From Marsupella aquatica (lineage: Eukaryota; Plantae; Marchantiophyta): a DNA stretch of 64,000 nt. Position 1 is the stretch's first letter. The number at the start of each line of letters is the position of its first letter. The DNA is taken from positions 15,940,816 through 16,004,815 of the forward strand of contig OZ316895.1 in the NCBI GenBank assembly GCA_973895155.1, written 5' to 3'. Below, piece after piece: positions 48,130 through 60,360 of the stretch. Under the pieces are notes generated by a model. It was not told the origin of the DNA and made no database searches. It was given only the letters and a program-made list of their open reading frames with translations. The translations under genes were made by a program, and so were the position numbers.

Positions 48130-49900
48130 CTTTGCACCCTGGGAGTGGATGCGATGAATCTGGAGACATGTATGTGTTGTTGTGGGGCACTTACTTTAGC
48201 TTGATGGCCATTCAGATTGTCCAGGATTTTCCCTATTCTTTTGTCAGGGTGAATCTAGCATTCTTGAATGTACATCCGCCACACTTGTCATGCAGCCTCC
48301 TCTCTAAAACTGATTTGTGGATGGGCAGAGATATCCATCCAAGCTTCACCAGGTGAAATTAACTGGGAAAAGAGGTTTTCTCTTCAATTGAAGGGTCAAG
48401 ATGTTGTTCGTTAAATTATGTGAGAAGAACTGGGTCTTGTAGTATGAATCTAGTCCTACACAATTGCAAAGGGACCAAACCTTTGAGAGCACCAAGAGTT
48501 GTTTGCCTTCCTGTGCAAGTTCCTGTGCTAAGCAGACTATGCTTTCCTGGGCTACCATAGGGTAAGTGGACACACTTGGGCTACCACAAGGTAAGTGGAC
48601 ACAGTACCTAATATTTGTTTACCAGGGATTTGATTGGATGAGGAGATACTTGCTTGAGTCCAGGGACCATGATAGGATGGTGAAACACCACCAAATATTT
48701 CAAGAGTACCCTACACCACGGTAGACCCTTTGGATTTGAACCTTTCTACTCTCATGGCAGACTACCATAGTGCAAATAATGCACCATGATTGAATGTCTA
48801 AGAATTCCCTGACCAAGCTCCCACTTGGCAGCTCGGGGGTTTCACTTCCACAAAAATGGCATATCACGTGCGACGAAGGATAGGGTCATTTTATTGGTTG
48901 TAAGGGAAGACTTAAGAATTTTTGTAGAAGAACAATAGGGTCTTTTAAATTCAATTTTGAGACTTATAAGAACACTAGGGCCTTTTTAATCCAATTTTTG
49001 GAATATTCCAAGAATATTCCAACTTTATAGGGGTTAAAAAATAATATTTTTTCTTACATTTTAGGGGGTCCAAGGCCTAAAAACGTCACAGGTGATGGGG
49101 AGGTCCCCATGTAGTGAGACCCCCGAGCTTGGCAGACCTGGTGAAGTTTACTTGCTGTGGACATCAATTAGGGACTTCGACTGTGAGTGATGGCCATTGC
49201 ACCGCCTGCCAAGGACACATGGAGACCATTGACCCCATGTTCTACGATTGTTCTAGGTTGCAATCTCGTTAGACTCATCTTGAAATCATTGCTATTGGCA
49301 CCAATCTGAACAAGGCTGTTGGATGTTCCTTCTTTGGTAAGATTGACATTGCTATTAGGTCCCAAAAGAGCAAGCCTGGCTTCCTTCTTCTCATCCATGA
49401 GATGCTTAGCACCATCTGGGTTGAGCGACGACAATGCATGTATTATGCTACCTCGACCAGGCTTCCATTGCACGTCATCCTCAACGTTGCTGCTGATCAA
49501 GTTCATGCTACCCTTTTGCGGACTCATAGTGTGCATAAGGCTAGACAATTACATCAGACCCTTCTTGAACTCATTGAATTGACTGCTGAGGCTTCTTCGA
49601 ACACTAGTCACACATAGCTTAGGTCTTTAGTGTTAGAGCCCTGTTCATTCTAGTGTTGAGGCCCCCCTTTGCCTACGGGCAGTGCCTTGTTTGTCTGTTG
49701 TGTAGTTAGGTTTTTTGTGTTTTCTCCCCCCTTGGCCCTTCTTTTGGAGGTGACCTTGTGTACTGTTGGGGTGGTTCTTGGCATTTTGTCACCTTTTGAG
49801 GTGTGGGTGGCCCCTATGTGGCTTGATGTCTGCCTCGCTGGTCTTCGCTGCGGTGGCTTTTCTAATAAACACGTATTTCAACAACAATAAAATAAAAAAA
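48130..49900 (+). mobile_element. 3' fragment of an L1-type LINE
   Basis: zf-RVT-like C..C.GHMETIDPMFYDC and IWVERR motifs at about 49190-49450; 3' end with AATAAA and an A-rich tail at 49864-49900. Confidence 0.6.
48832..49127. mobile_element. 296-bp MITE with 8-bp TSD (related to 3191-3435)
   Basis: CTCGGGGG...CCCCCGAG ends; TSD CTTGGCAG at 48824-48831 and 49128-49135; shared atcacgtgcgacg core. Confidence 0.9.
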
Positions 49901-50269
49901 CAATAGCGTCTGTTTCATAAACTAGCTAATCTAATGAGTATAGGGCAAAATAGAGTTTATGAATAACTTAAAAACAGTGTATCTTTAGAACATGCCAGCT
50001 TCAATTGGCTAGGGGATTTGCCTGGAACTGAGAGGTCTCAAGTTCAATCCCCCTTCCCCACACTTCAATCCACCCTCCACACACTTGGGTGAGGATGGTA
50101 TATGTGTGTGGGTGGGATGGGTTTTGTGGGTAGTGGATTGGAGTTCTAAATAACTGCTCCCCCTGGTTGTCCACTTTGTGGCCCTGATTTAATCCTCTCT
50201 CCTTCCTTGTGCAGGTCCCTGTCAGATCCATTGGGGCTCACCCTGGTCTGGGTTCCCTACAGAAAAAGT

Positions 50270-50405
50270 GTCGGATTGGGGTGGGGGGAGTCTAATTGTA
50301 TTTACTCCCCATTTCCGTTCAAGACAAAGAACATGCCGTCGGATTGGGGTGGGGGGAGTCTAATTGTATTTACTCCCCATTTCCGTTCAAGACAAAGAAC
50401 ATGCC
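50270..50405 (+). repeat. About 68-bp perfect tandem duplication upstream of PEX4
   Basis: gtcggattggggtggggggagtctaattgtatttactccccatttccgttcaagacaaagaacatgcc occurs twice. Confidence 0.9.
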
Positions 50406-50500
50406 AGCGATATATATGGCTTGCTAAGCTAATGAGAGTATAGGGTAAAATAGAGTTTATTACGAAGAAGTTAAAATAAGGTCACTTAGAACAGGGGCCA

Positions 50501-50803
50501 GCTATATATATGGCGCTTTCCGGCTCGTACTGCTCAGACGAAGAGAGAGCATATGATCGTTTCTCTAACTCACTTTCTTTCTCTGTGCGTGAGTCCTCCC
50601 TCACACACGACGATCCTCCTGCTTCCGATTGAGGCCGAAAGCGGTCGGCAATTTTCATCACGGTACGTTGCCGATTATTATTCTTCTCCCGCGTCTGCGC
50701 TCCCCCTCCATCCTCCATCCGATCCTGGCACCCACCTTACTGGTTTGTGGTGTTGTGATCGCTCCATAATTTACGATTAAATTCGTTCCGAGACCTAGTG
50801 CTG

Positions 50804-50853
<50 letters not shown>
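50501..50853 (+). promoter_or_regulatory. Probable PEX4 core promoter and leader: TATA-like CTATATATAT, pyrimidine patch, (GA)n tract
   Basis: TATA-like sequence at 50501-50511; CT-rich stretch at 50560-50585; (GA)n at 50807-50853; about 1.4 kb upstream of the ATG with probable 5'UTR introns. Confidence 0.45.
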
Positions 50854-51889
50854 CACGGAACGAGTCGAAGATTGAGAATATCTTACTCAAAATTTCGCAC
50901 GCAGAGGAATGTTCCTGGATTGTCGGTTCCTGCAATCTAGTCTATGAGCAGGGAAATTGTCACGGATTATGCGAGCTCGGGGTGGAACAAAGACTGGAGG
51001 ATCACCCAACCGAATCTCCACTAGTACGTCTTCTACATTTCATGTATATTTCTGGGTTCCTGCAAATGTGTCACTGGCTGTGTCTAATCGGTCACCTACG
51101 TCTTGATCTTGTCTCTGGTGTAGCGATACTACGATCGACATAGGCTGCTTTTTGTCCTTCTCTGCAGAGTATATCTATAGATGTGTTGTCTATCATGGTG
51201 AATGACATAGAATTACGAAGGGAGAATTGACCATCATAATATCCATACGGTAGAGGGATCTCCCTTAGTAGGCGTTTGGTTGCAAGAATAGTCTGCGGTG
51301 TTTTTGCCGTGTCGTCCAGTGGTCGGACCAATTTCTGCTGCCGCTCGTCGGCCTGTCCCTTCTAGATTGATTTGGGCCAATCTACATCCTCTACGTTCTG
51401 GTGCTTAATATTTTTGGAACAGTTTTCTGTTGCCCGATTTCCCTGTCCACATATAAAACTGAAATGTCACCCCTGCCAATGTGTTTAAGGTAAGCTGTCA
51501 GGGATCTAAGATATGACGGAGCACTGAATGTGATGCAGGGATTCACATCACACAGACTGAACTTTTGTCACTAGTAACTTTTGCGTCTCCACATGTGGCA
51601 GCGTCATTAGGGCATTGGGTCTGGTGCTGTACCCTTGTTTTGATACAGCTTACAACGGCAACAAAGGTGCGGAGTCTGTTGATAACGTCCTCAAGAAGGG
51701 ATACGTTTTTCCTGATTCGGTTAAGACTTTTGGGGCTGGATTCGTCCTGTCTACTCTCATCCTAGCGTAAACAGACGGGATGTCTTGGATTCATAGGGGT
51801 GGAGAAGGTAATTAGGTTTTGTTTGCATGCTCTGCAGATTCTTTCGTTGACCACAGTTAACAGGCAGTCACTTTTTCAGGGGTAGAAAT

Positions 51890-53032
51890 ATGAGTTTCCA
51901 GGCTTCGAGGGCGAGGCTGTTTAAAGAGTACAAAGAGGTACAGAAGGATAGAGGGCAGGATAATGACATTCAGCTCGTCTGTGATGAAACCAATATTTAT
52001 CGGTGGACTGCACACATAAAGGTATTCTTACCCTGGCTCTGTCGATGGCGTGATCTCACTGTCTGATCGTTGGCAATTTGGGTTCTTAGCAGCACCTCTC
52101 ACAATTTGCGTAATTCCCAAGCTAATCTTCGTATCATGTTTTGCAGTTTTCATGCTCGTAGTGTCTTGGTTTGTTTGTAAGCATGATGTGGAAGTGATCC
52201 TGTTCAGCTCGCTGGACATTTAAAAAACCCTAATTATTAAATGTTGACTGCCAAACAATGTATCGGGTACAGGGTCCATCAGATACTCCATATCAAGAGG
52301 GAATGTTCCAGCTGGCAATCAGCGTACCCGAGCAATATCCATTGGTACCTCCTCAAGTTCGTTTTGTGACGAAGATATTCCATCCCAACGTTCATTTTAA
52401 GGTAGGCCACATTTCCAGCTTTTGCTTGCATGTTGGGCTTGTGTTTGATGCCTAGTAGCGATGTCCGCGAGTGATCCAAGAAAACTTATTGAACAATCAT
52501 TCGTAGATCAAAATCTTGAGGAGTACTACGATTGTAGGGCCAAAGCCTCAGTGGCACATGTAGATTTACCTGAACCAGTGGAATCAGATATCCCAGTATT
52601 TTGTTTCTGGTGTTCTGTTTGTGCAGACAGGTGAAATATGCTTGGATATTCTTAAGACTGCCTGGAGTCCGGCATGGACACTGCAGTCGGTTTGTCGAGC
52701 TGTGATTGCTCTATTGGCACATCCAGAGGCAGACAGTCCTCTCAATTGTGACTGTGGTAGGACATTTCTTCCCATTTACCTGTCTTCTAAGTTTCCTTTC
52801 CCCGTGAAATCTACGTGGTGCTAAATATGACACGGACTGTTGCATTTTCCTAGCTGAGGTGAGGGAGCAAGAAAATTAGTTCGAGATCTTCAAGTGCTAG
52901 GAATTTTTCTTGGTAACCTAATGGTCGCTTTTGGACACAGGAAATTTATTGCGGTCTGGTGACAATCGTGGTTATCAATCAATGGCGTTGATGTACACAA
53001 GGCTAGCTGCTGCCCCAGCTGGGTCAAATTAG
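51890..53032 (+). CDS. PEX4: Peroxin-4 / ubiquitin-conjugating enzyme E2 21; exons 51890-52021, 52273-52401, 52627-52756, 52941-53032 (160 aa)
   Basis: QASRARLFKEYKEVQ...IKGPSDTPY..G.F.L...VPEQYPLVPPQVRF.TKIFHPNVHFKTGEICLDILK.AWSPAWTLQSVCRA.IAL.AHPE.DSPLNCD.GNLLRSGD.RGYQSMA.MYTRLAA; spliced length 483 nt, in frame. Confidence 0.95.
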
Positions 53033-54936
53033 TTGAGGTAGCTCAGAAACCTCCCTGTGATGTTTGAACGTTGAAAGTGCCTTCGAAGTTCTGCATGTTC
53101 TTTGTACAACAAGATTGAGCCTCTGCTTTATAGATGACATCCCATTCGGCAGTGACAAATTCAGTGCTAGGGCAAAAGATGAATAGCTGATTTCTTAGTA
53201 TCATTTTCGTTTCATCCTGGACGATTCTGAGAATCGAATTTATTGTAATGTTTTCAAATTATAAAGATGTTAGCTCATTTTGGAAGCCTCGAAGATTCTT
53301 TATAGCAACCTCTACTTGACTGGCGTCTCTACTATCAATGGATAGCATACCATTTTGTTTTAACAATTGAGTGACTAATTAGTCTATTGGCAATCTCACT
53401 CTTTGGCAAGTTAAATATAAGCACTACGCGAGGGAGAGTTTAGATTGTTAACTGTCCTACCTCGAGTTCTCAAATGGGAGAAGTGTTAAGAAATGATGTG
53501 GGAAATGATAATGAGATTACTCTCTATAGAATGAATGGGTACATCTTTATATATAGTCTCCGTCCAAGTTATCCTATACGATAACTATGATTAAGGTAAC
53601 CATGGAGTCTAGTTAGGGTATAACATTCCCCTTTGGTTATATAGTGATAATTATGTAGCCAAACAGTATTCTAACTAGATTATCATGCTTATAAACATGA
53701 CATGATTTGAGTACAAATGAGGAAGGTATTGTCTCGTTAAAACCTTTAACAGCTCTAAAAAAACTCTATCAAGGTAACAGAAAAAAATATATATATATAT
53801 GTATATCTCGGCTCTAAAGGAAAAAGAATACAGCCCTGTCGGTGCTCAAGTGAATCCGGTGGTATGTGAAGTTAATAGTGACAACTCCACTCCGTCAAAA
53901 TGAACAAGTTGTCGTATGTTCAACGACTCAACAACAACGCGACATGTCTCCAAATCGCTTACCATCGCGTATTCATCCGCACATACATCCTCGTATTGAA
54001 TACAAATTAAAACATATATGAAAAAATGATTACTAATTAAGTTATTATCATGAAATCATTTGTCCGTGGCTCATCTGCGCAAAGTGTAAAGTATAATAAT
54101 AAATAATATCATCTCATGCAACTGAGTGCGTAAAGTATGGGATGTAAAAAGTCCAAAAAATATGATCTCCCCTTCAAAACAAGGTTTTGAGGAATATATT
54201 ATTCTCGTAAAACTCAAATATCGAAACTCTCCCTTAGAATTCAAGGACTCCTAATTAGATTCTTAATTAGTTCGTGGACCCCTTGGCTAATAAAATCAGG
54301 GGGAAGAGTCGATTTGAGCCGTCTCCATTTCTTATCTCCAGAAAGCTCGTCCGTCCATCATAATGGCCAATCTATGGCTCAAAAGAAAGATCTCAAATAG
54401 ATCTATGGATGGGTTCTGTCAGTTTTGTAAATGGGTTAATATTTTTCAAATGAAAAATTAAACAAATCCAAGCCTTCCTAGCAGTCGATTTTGTTGATTT
54501 TACGATCTTTGCCGTCCATTTTGTAATGCCTCTAAAAACCTTATTCATCCATGTTAGAAGGCGATCTAGGGTGCAAAAGAAAGATCTCAATGAGATCTAC
54601 GACTGGGTATTTTTTGTTTTGAGAATGAGTAAATAGTTTTGAGTATAAAATTCGATGAACTTTCAAGATTCTAGCCATTCTTCCTCCCCGATCCTGGGTT
54701 TCTATGTGCTCTTCCCAGCATTAATGGCCATACAATACGAGAGGTCCTTACATACCGGGAGTTGCGGTTTAACAAGGAAGTTATCAAGTTAGTTATTAGT
54801 CATTATTTATTATATGAAAAATACTTTTTATAAATCTTTGAATTTAAGTTTTAAAATTGGAAATGTAAATAAAACGGTTACATAGTGACAGTTTTAACCG
54901 TCTTGCTCTTTGCATTTCCAATGTTTTTACTTTTCT

Positions 54937-55103
54937 TTTTACGGCACGACGTCCCAAAATTTACACCCAAATTGACACAAACACGAATGAAAACTATAAG
55001 TTTGATTCACAAAACCGACGAGTCTTGTTTGTTGCGGTTGTTGTTGATGTGGCACGCTGTGGTGCCAGGAATTTTGGAAGGGACCTCTAGTGGGGTCCGT
55101 AAA
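54937..55103. repeat. Second copy of the 165-bp MITE-like repeat, nested in the LTR element
   Basis: Matches 7406-7571. Confidence 0.7.
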
Positions 55104-56054
55104 TAGAGGGTTCTTGTGCAAAATGCACAATTCGCAAGCGTGTGTAGTCGACGCACAAAATATCTCTCAATCTTCGATTTCAAAAACATGTAGAATCAAT
55201 TAGTTTTTATGTGAAAAATAATCTGCAGCACCAAAGGGTGTGCATTCACAACACCAACGGGTGTGTGTATAATATGGCACGTTTGCCCTCCACGTCTGCA
55301 GTTCTCATATTTTGACAAAAAGTGTCAAGTCAATATAACTTCACAAATAACCCTGTGGAATCCAAACATTCAGTCGAACGTCCATGTGTATCATAGCACA
55401 GAGAAATGCTAGCTCAAAATGATTCGCTATCTTGCAGAGGTAAAGTGATATTCATAAACGTCAAATAACTCCGCATAAAAATAGTTTAGAGCTAGTGATA
55501 GTCAAAAGATCCCACTTAATGACCAAGTACCAAAATGTACTCGTAGTGGGTAAATCAAGTGTGATTGGGGTTTGAGAAATTCATATTCTCCCCCTGAATA
55601 TGCATTTTATGCATATATTATAGTTGAAAGCTAGAATTAAGTTGGACCGGACAAAGTTATGGGGTTTGCCCATATTAACCCCTCATTACTCATTCTGATT
55701 TAAATTTACTTTGGGTTTCTAAATATTCACAGTTAAACCCCTAAAGGGTTATTGATTATCCGCTTTTGGATATGGCCGGAAACTAAGGTCATGGAACTAA
55801 CCTGAAGTACTGTACCTTAGATTATTCTGGATCTTTCGTGAGAAACATATCTGCCATCGATCACTGGATCTCAGAAAATCTATACCTTACCAAAATACCG
55901 CAAAAACTAGGTCATAGAGCATGGTTAAAGGTATGGTATTAGTTCCGTACTTAAAAACTATCATCCCACCGAACAATGGCTATAAAAGCTCTCGTTTTAG
56001 TTGTTTATGGTGTAAAGATCATGAGGATAAGACCCTTAAGTAAGATATTGCCCT

Positions 56055-56600
56055 AATGTAGGGTGTAAATGGGTGTAAACCCATGTCAATTGGTGTAAAA
56101 GTTGTAAATGGTCAATTTACACACAAAAAGTGTATGGACCAAAGTTTACTCCCCCTGATGGTGTAAATTGGTGTAAACCAGTGTAAATGCTATAAGCAAG
56201 TGTAATCTGGTATAACCAGTGTAAACAAGTATAAACCCAATGTAAAGCATGGGATTATACAATGGTAAGACATACACCAGTGTAAACTAGTGTCATGAGG
56301 TATAATCTAGGATGGTATCATTAGGTGTAAACTAGGGGTGTAAAATGGTGTAAAAACCATTTTGTGATTGAAATGGGTGTAATAATCACTTTGTATTTGG
56401 TATAAAACCATTATTTCCAATGTGCAAAGTCAAGTAAGGGTGGTATGACATGTAAATATGTCAAATGCATGTAAAGCATGTGTTGCACATGTAAGGCATG
56501 TTAATGTATGCAAATTCAATAAGTGACATGTAATTTCCCTAAACCAGTTGATGTGTTTACATTTGTAAACTGTGTAAATTACTGTGTAAATTTGCAATGT
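56055..56600. repeat. GGTGTAAA-rich repeat array (probable end of a nested DNA transposon)
   Basis: More than 12 tgtaaa/ggtgtaaa units. Confidence 0.55.
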
Positions 56601-59091
56601 GCACTTATCATTTCCATTTCATGTGTTTATCCATAAGTGCAAAACATCCATTGTCAACAACATTTTCTTTGTTAATATGTGCATATATGGATAGTTTTTC
56701 AAAAATGAAGATTTTGCACTGAAACACATGGGATTCTCTTGTCTTTGGGTAAGTGCACCCAAGCATTTGTATTTCAGAAACTCTTTACTATACTGTGCAT
56801 TTAATGAGGGTTGCACTTATCTGGTGTTTGAGTTTTTCTCGAGGATTTTGAGATCGAATGTTGCATGTTTAAGTCACTCATGTGTGTCTCTTGAAATCTC
56901 ACTTGTCGCTTTGGCTCATTCTTTGATTGCAATCAGCTTCTCAGGCTCATTCTTGGACAAGCACAACATTCCATATTTAGGATTCAGAAAATGTTATCAG
57001 ATCTAGACCCCACAATGATGATTTGTTTCTTTCGCTGGATGCCATCTCCCATACATTAACAATCAAAGCCAAGATGTTCTTCCTCCACGACATTTGCTTC
57101 TATCTTCTCCAATTTGATATGACTGTATCAAATGGCTCTTATTGGAATCTTCATTGAATCAGCAAACGACCAATTCAACATCCATGTTTGGCCTCTTGTA
57201 ATGCCTGTACTTCACTCGATCGTGTGTAATGGGCATTTCCTTTCATCCTTTATGGCTCGCAGATCGACCAACAAGAAACTGTCAGCGGTTGAGAAACATT
57301 GTGAAATTCAGGGAAAGAGAAGGCGCCTGCGTTCGTCCCTTATGAGGTTAGGGTTTTGAAAAAATTTCTTATGATCCCGATCGGGTCCTGATTTGCTCTC
57401 GATCCACCCGGCTTCATTCAAGGCTGTCTCTGTTTGGCTTCCGGTCTTTGCTCTTCTCTTTCTGCCTCTTGTTAAGGTTGTCAACTCATCGCCTTGAGTG
57501 ATTTAGGTTGATCTGGCCTGGTTGGGTAGAAGGAAGCAGCGCGGCTGAACTCGATCTCTCTTGCCTTAGCCATAGCTTTCCACTTGACTCAAATCATTGC
57601 CTTGAATACTGCTTTCCCACATGATCTTCAGAATCACCCTTCAAAACAATTTTTTTTTTGATCATATCACAGCCTTCATAAGCTTGCTCTCTGCGCGACC
57701 ACAATGCTACATCCTGTCGTTGCTTCAACGTGACTCATGTTCTCTTGGTGGTTCAAACTACTAGCCTTCTCACTCCCAATTCAATTCTCCTCCATAACTT
57801 GGAAATCCTTAAGAGAACATTCATTCATCATAGCCATAGGGAAATTTCTAAAAAAAATTCATGATCAAGCTCAGCTGGTCTAGAGTCGTGTTGATAACGT
57901 GTTGAGGAATGATGTGGGAAATGATAATGAGATTCCTCTCTATAGAATGAATGGGTGCATCTCTATATATAGTCTCCGTCCGAGTTATCCTATATGGTAA
58001 CTATGGTTAAGGTAACCATGGAGTCTAGTTAGGGTATAACAAGAAGGATCTAGTCGTCCTAGTTATTTGGGAGCCACTTGAGTTCCTTGCCCATGACATA
58101 TCAATTTACTGTACTTGAATTTAATAGAACACTTTTGTCCGGGAAGCATATTTTCAGAATGGTTTCCTACACATTTTTAGACGAATTGTCGAGTTTAGGG
58201 TGTGAGGAGCTCATGCAGCATATATGAATAAACGTTGGAAACGAGGTCGATACAGTCTCATCTTTCGCCCCACTTTTGTGCATATCAATCAGTGTGTTTC
58301 TAAATTTAAATTTATCTTTAAGATTCTGCTGAATGGGAATTCCATTGTGCAAGGACGATCTATAATTCAGTCCCTGAAATGTATAATCCACCTTTCTCAT
58401 AATGAGTCCATTACAGTAAATTCCTAGCCCTTGAAAGATACTTCAAAGTTTTTCTGGAGGATCCAGATCCACAGCTTATGGCAATGACCAAATATTAACA
58501 TCTGTAGTGAATTAGTGACTCACCCCTCTTGTTTGAAAAATCAGTGGAATAGCCTCCTTAATGTGTTCTCATGCAGCAGCACGTTGCACCTCTAACCTGG
58601 GGCCTGGTCCAGGATTTGTCAAGGCTCCCCCCTCCAAGTGCACCTGTACATGTAACCATCCTCTCTTATGATCAAAGCATGAGTTCCATGAAATCATGAC
58701 CAAGACTCCACTCACAATTGCAGATGACAAGCTAAGAGCAGCCCCTTTGCTTACACACTACACTCACCTTCTTGGGGCCCTGTACCCTGCCCGTCCCAAT
58801 CCCCAATGCATTCTGCCTTATTCAACCTACTAGACATTGATTTGTGTCTGACACCCTTCACTTCCAAATGCCCCTTATATGTGACTTAACTGAGATTCTT
58901 AATTAAGCCAACAATATACAAGCAAATGCCCCTTACATGTCAACAGACTTAACTGAGATTCTTAAGTAAGCCAACAATATACAAGGACTCTCCCCTACTC
59001 TTGTGAGCCCCATCTTCTTTCAATATCGAACGGGGTAGGTTGGTTTACATTCTGGTTTGCTTTTGAGGCCAAAACAAATAGCATCCAGACA

Positions 59092-60360
59092 CAATTCATT
59101 CAAAAAGCCAACATACAACAGCCAGGGGTGGTCCACATCAGGGGGTCGGCACGTACCCAGGTGGACCGAAGGTCGGGAGCCACACAAGTGAGACTCAGTT
59201 GCCTCAAAAAAACCAATTCATTCAAAACGCCAACATACAACAGCCAGGGGTGGCCCACATAAGGGGGTCGGGACCCAGGTGTACCAAAGGTTGGGAGCCA
59301 CAAAACTGGAGGGGCCAGCTCTAGGAAAAAAAGCACACCCAGAAAGGGAGCTAACTAGAAATTTAGCCACTGCAGAAGGCGGCGGAATGAGAAGGAAAAC
59401 AGATATTGCATATTTAGCAGGATAACGTATTATAATGAGGATTTGCCGAACTGAATTCTGGATGGGTGTCGGGTCCAATCATGACAGACGTAAATGCCAA
59501 GACAATGCCAGGATTTCTGGATTACAGTCTGGGTCTTTGATCTGGTGAGCTCGATGATATGGGCGATGTGATCATTCCAATTATGCTAGCAAACAATGGC
59601 TCGTAGGGTGTGCCATAGTTTCCCTTGTTTCCTCGGTACATCCCAAATCTCAGGCAGAGGGGCCTCAACAAAAACATTTGTTGGTTGAAGTTGGATTTAG
59701 TTGCTTCTAGTGAAAGCTGCCCATTGGAGTATGGATTGGACCAGGACAGGGAAGTTCCACATGCTATGGATCAGGTCCTCATGTTGATCGCGTGCACCAG
59801 GTGCTCGAATCAGTTGACAATAATGTTGGTAGGAATGTTGGGTGGCTAGTAGCAGTCTATAAATCAGTTGCTATAAGAAACAATTTTCATTTGCGGCCTT
59901 GTAGGAAATCCTCATATTGGCTCACCACAGCTTCAGGTTGGGAATCCAATTCAGTTGAGTTGCCCACTTTCTCACAACTTTGTGTGTTGTTGTTCTAAGT
60001 GGGCCCTGGATCTTCCTCAGATGCATAGAGCTTGCTTCTAGAAATGGTGTTCCATTCATCCATTCATGTTGGAGAGTAATGCTAATTTGTCAATCAGCCT
60101 GCAACTGCGTAAGTGATGGGGAGATGTAGTCCTGTGAAAGCGGGTCACCACTCAGTACATGTAGGAGAGTACTAGATGGAGGAGCTGAGGTAGCAATTTT
60201 GTGCAGGAGTCCATCCAGGACCGCGAAAGTTCTAACCAGGGTTGAAGTGTCAAAGAATTGTTGCCAACTAGATGTGATGTGATTCCATTGTACCTTAGAC
60301 TCCCACATGAATAGAGCTTCGCAGGAAAGCTTAGTACTTGAACACACTAACTTGTACATA
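59092..60360 (-). mobile_element. Degenerate LINE-like fragment with a duplicated 123-bp end (59092-59303)
   Basis: Two copies of caattcattcaaaa.gccaacatacaacagccaggggtgg...gggagccaca; weak L1-like FMW....V.W..I motif at about 60300. Confidence 0.4.

Larger units (their letters stand above)
53484..58041 (-). mobile_element. Decayed LTR retrotransposon with 142-bp LTRs (53484-53625 and 57900-58041), probably Copia (Bianca-like)
   Basis: TG...CA direct repeats; TSD AGAAG at 53479-53483 and 58042-58046; polypurine tract on the minus strand at 53626-53636; PBS-like CGTTATCAACACGA next to the right LTR; no intact internal ORF. Confidence 0.88.

Noticed and set aside
49168-49548. 126-aa minus-strand ORF
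   Set aside because: It is antisense to the L1 zf-RVT remnant on the plus strand.
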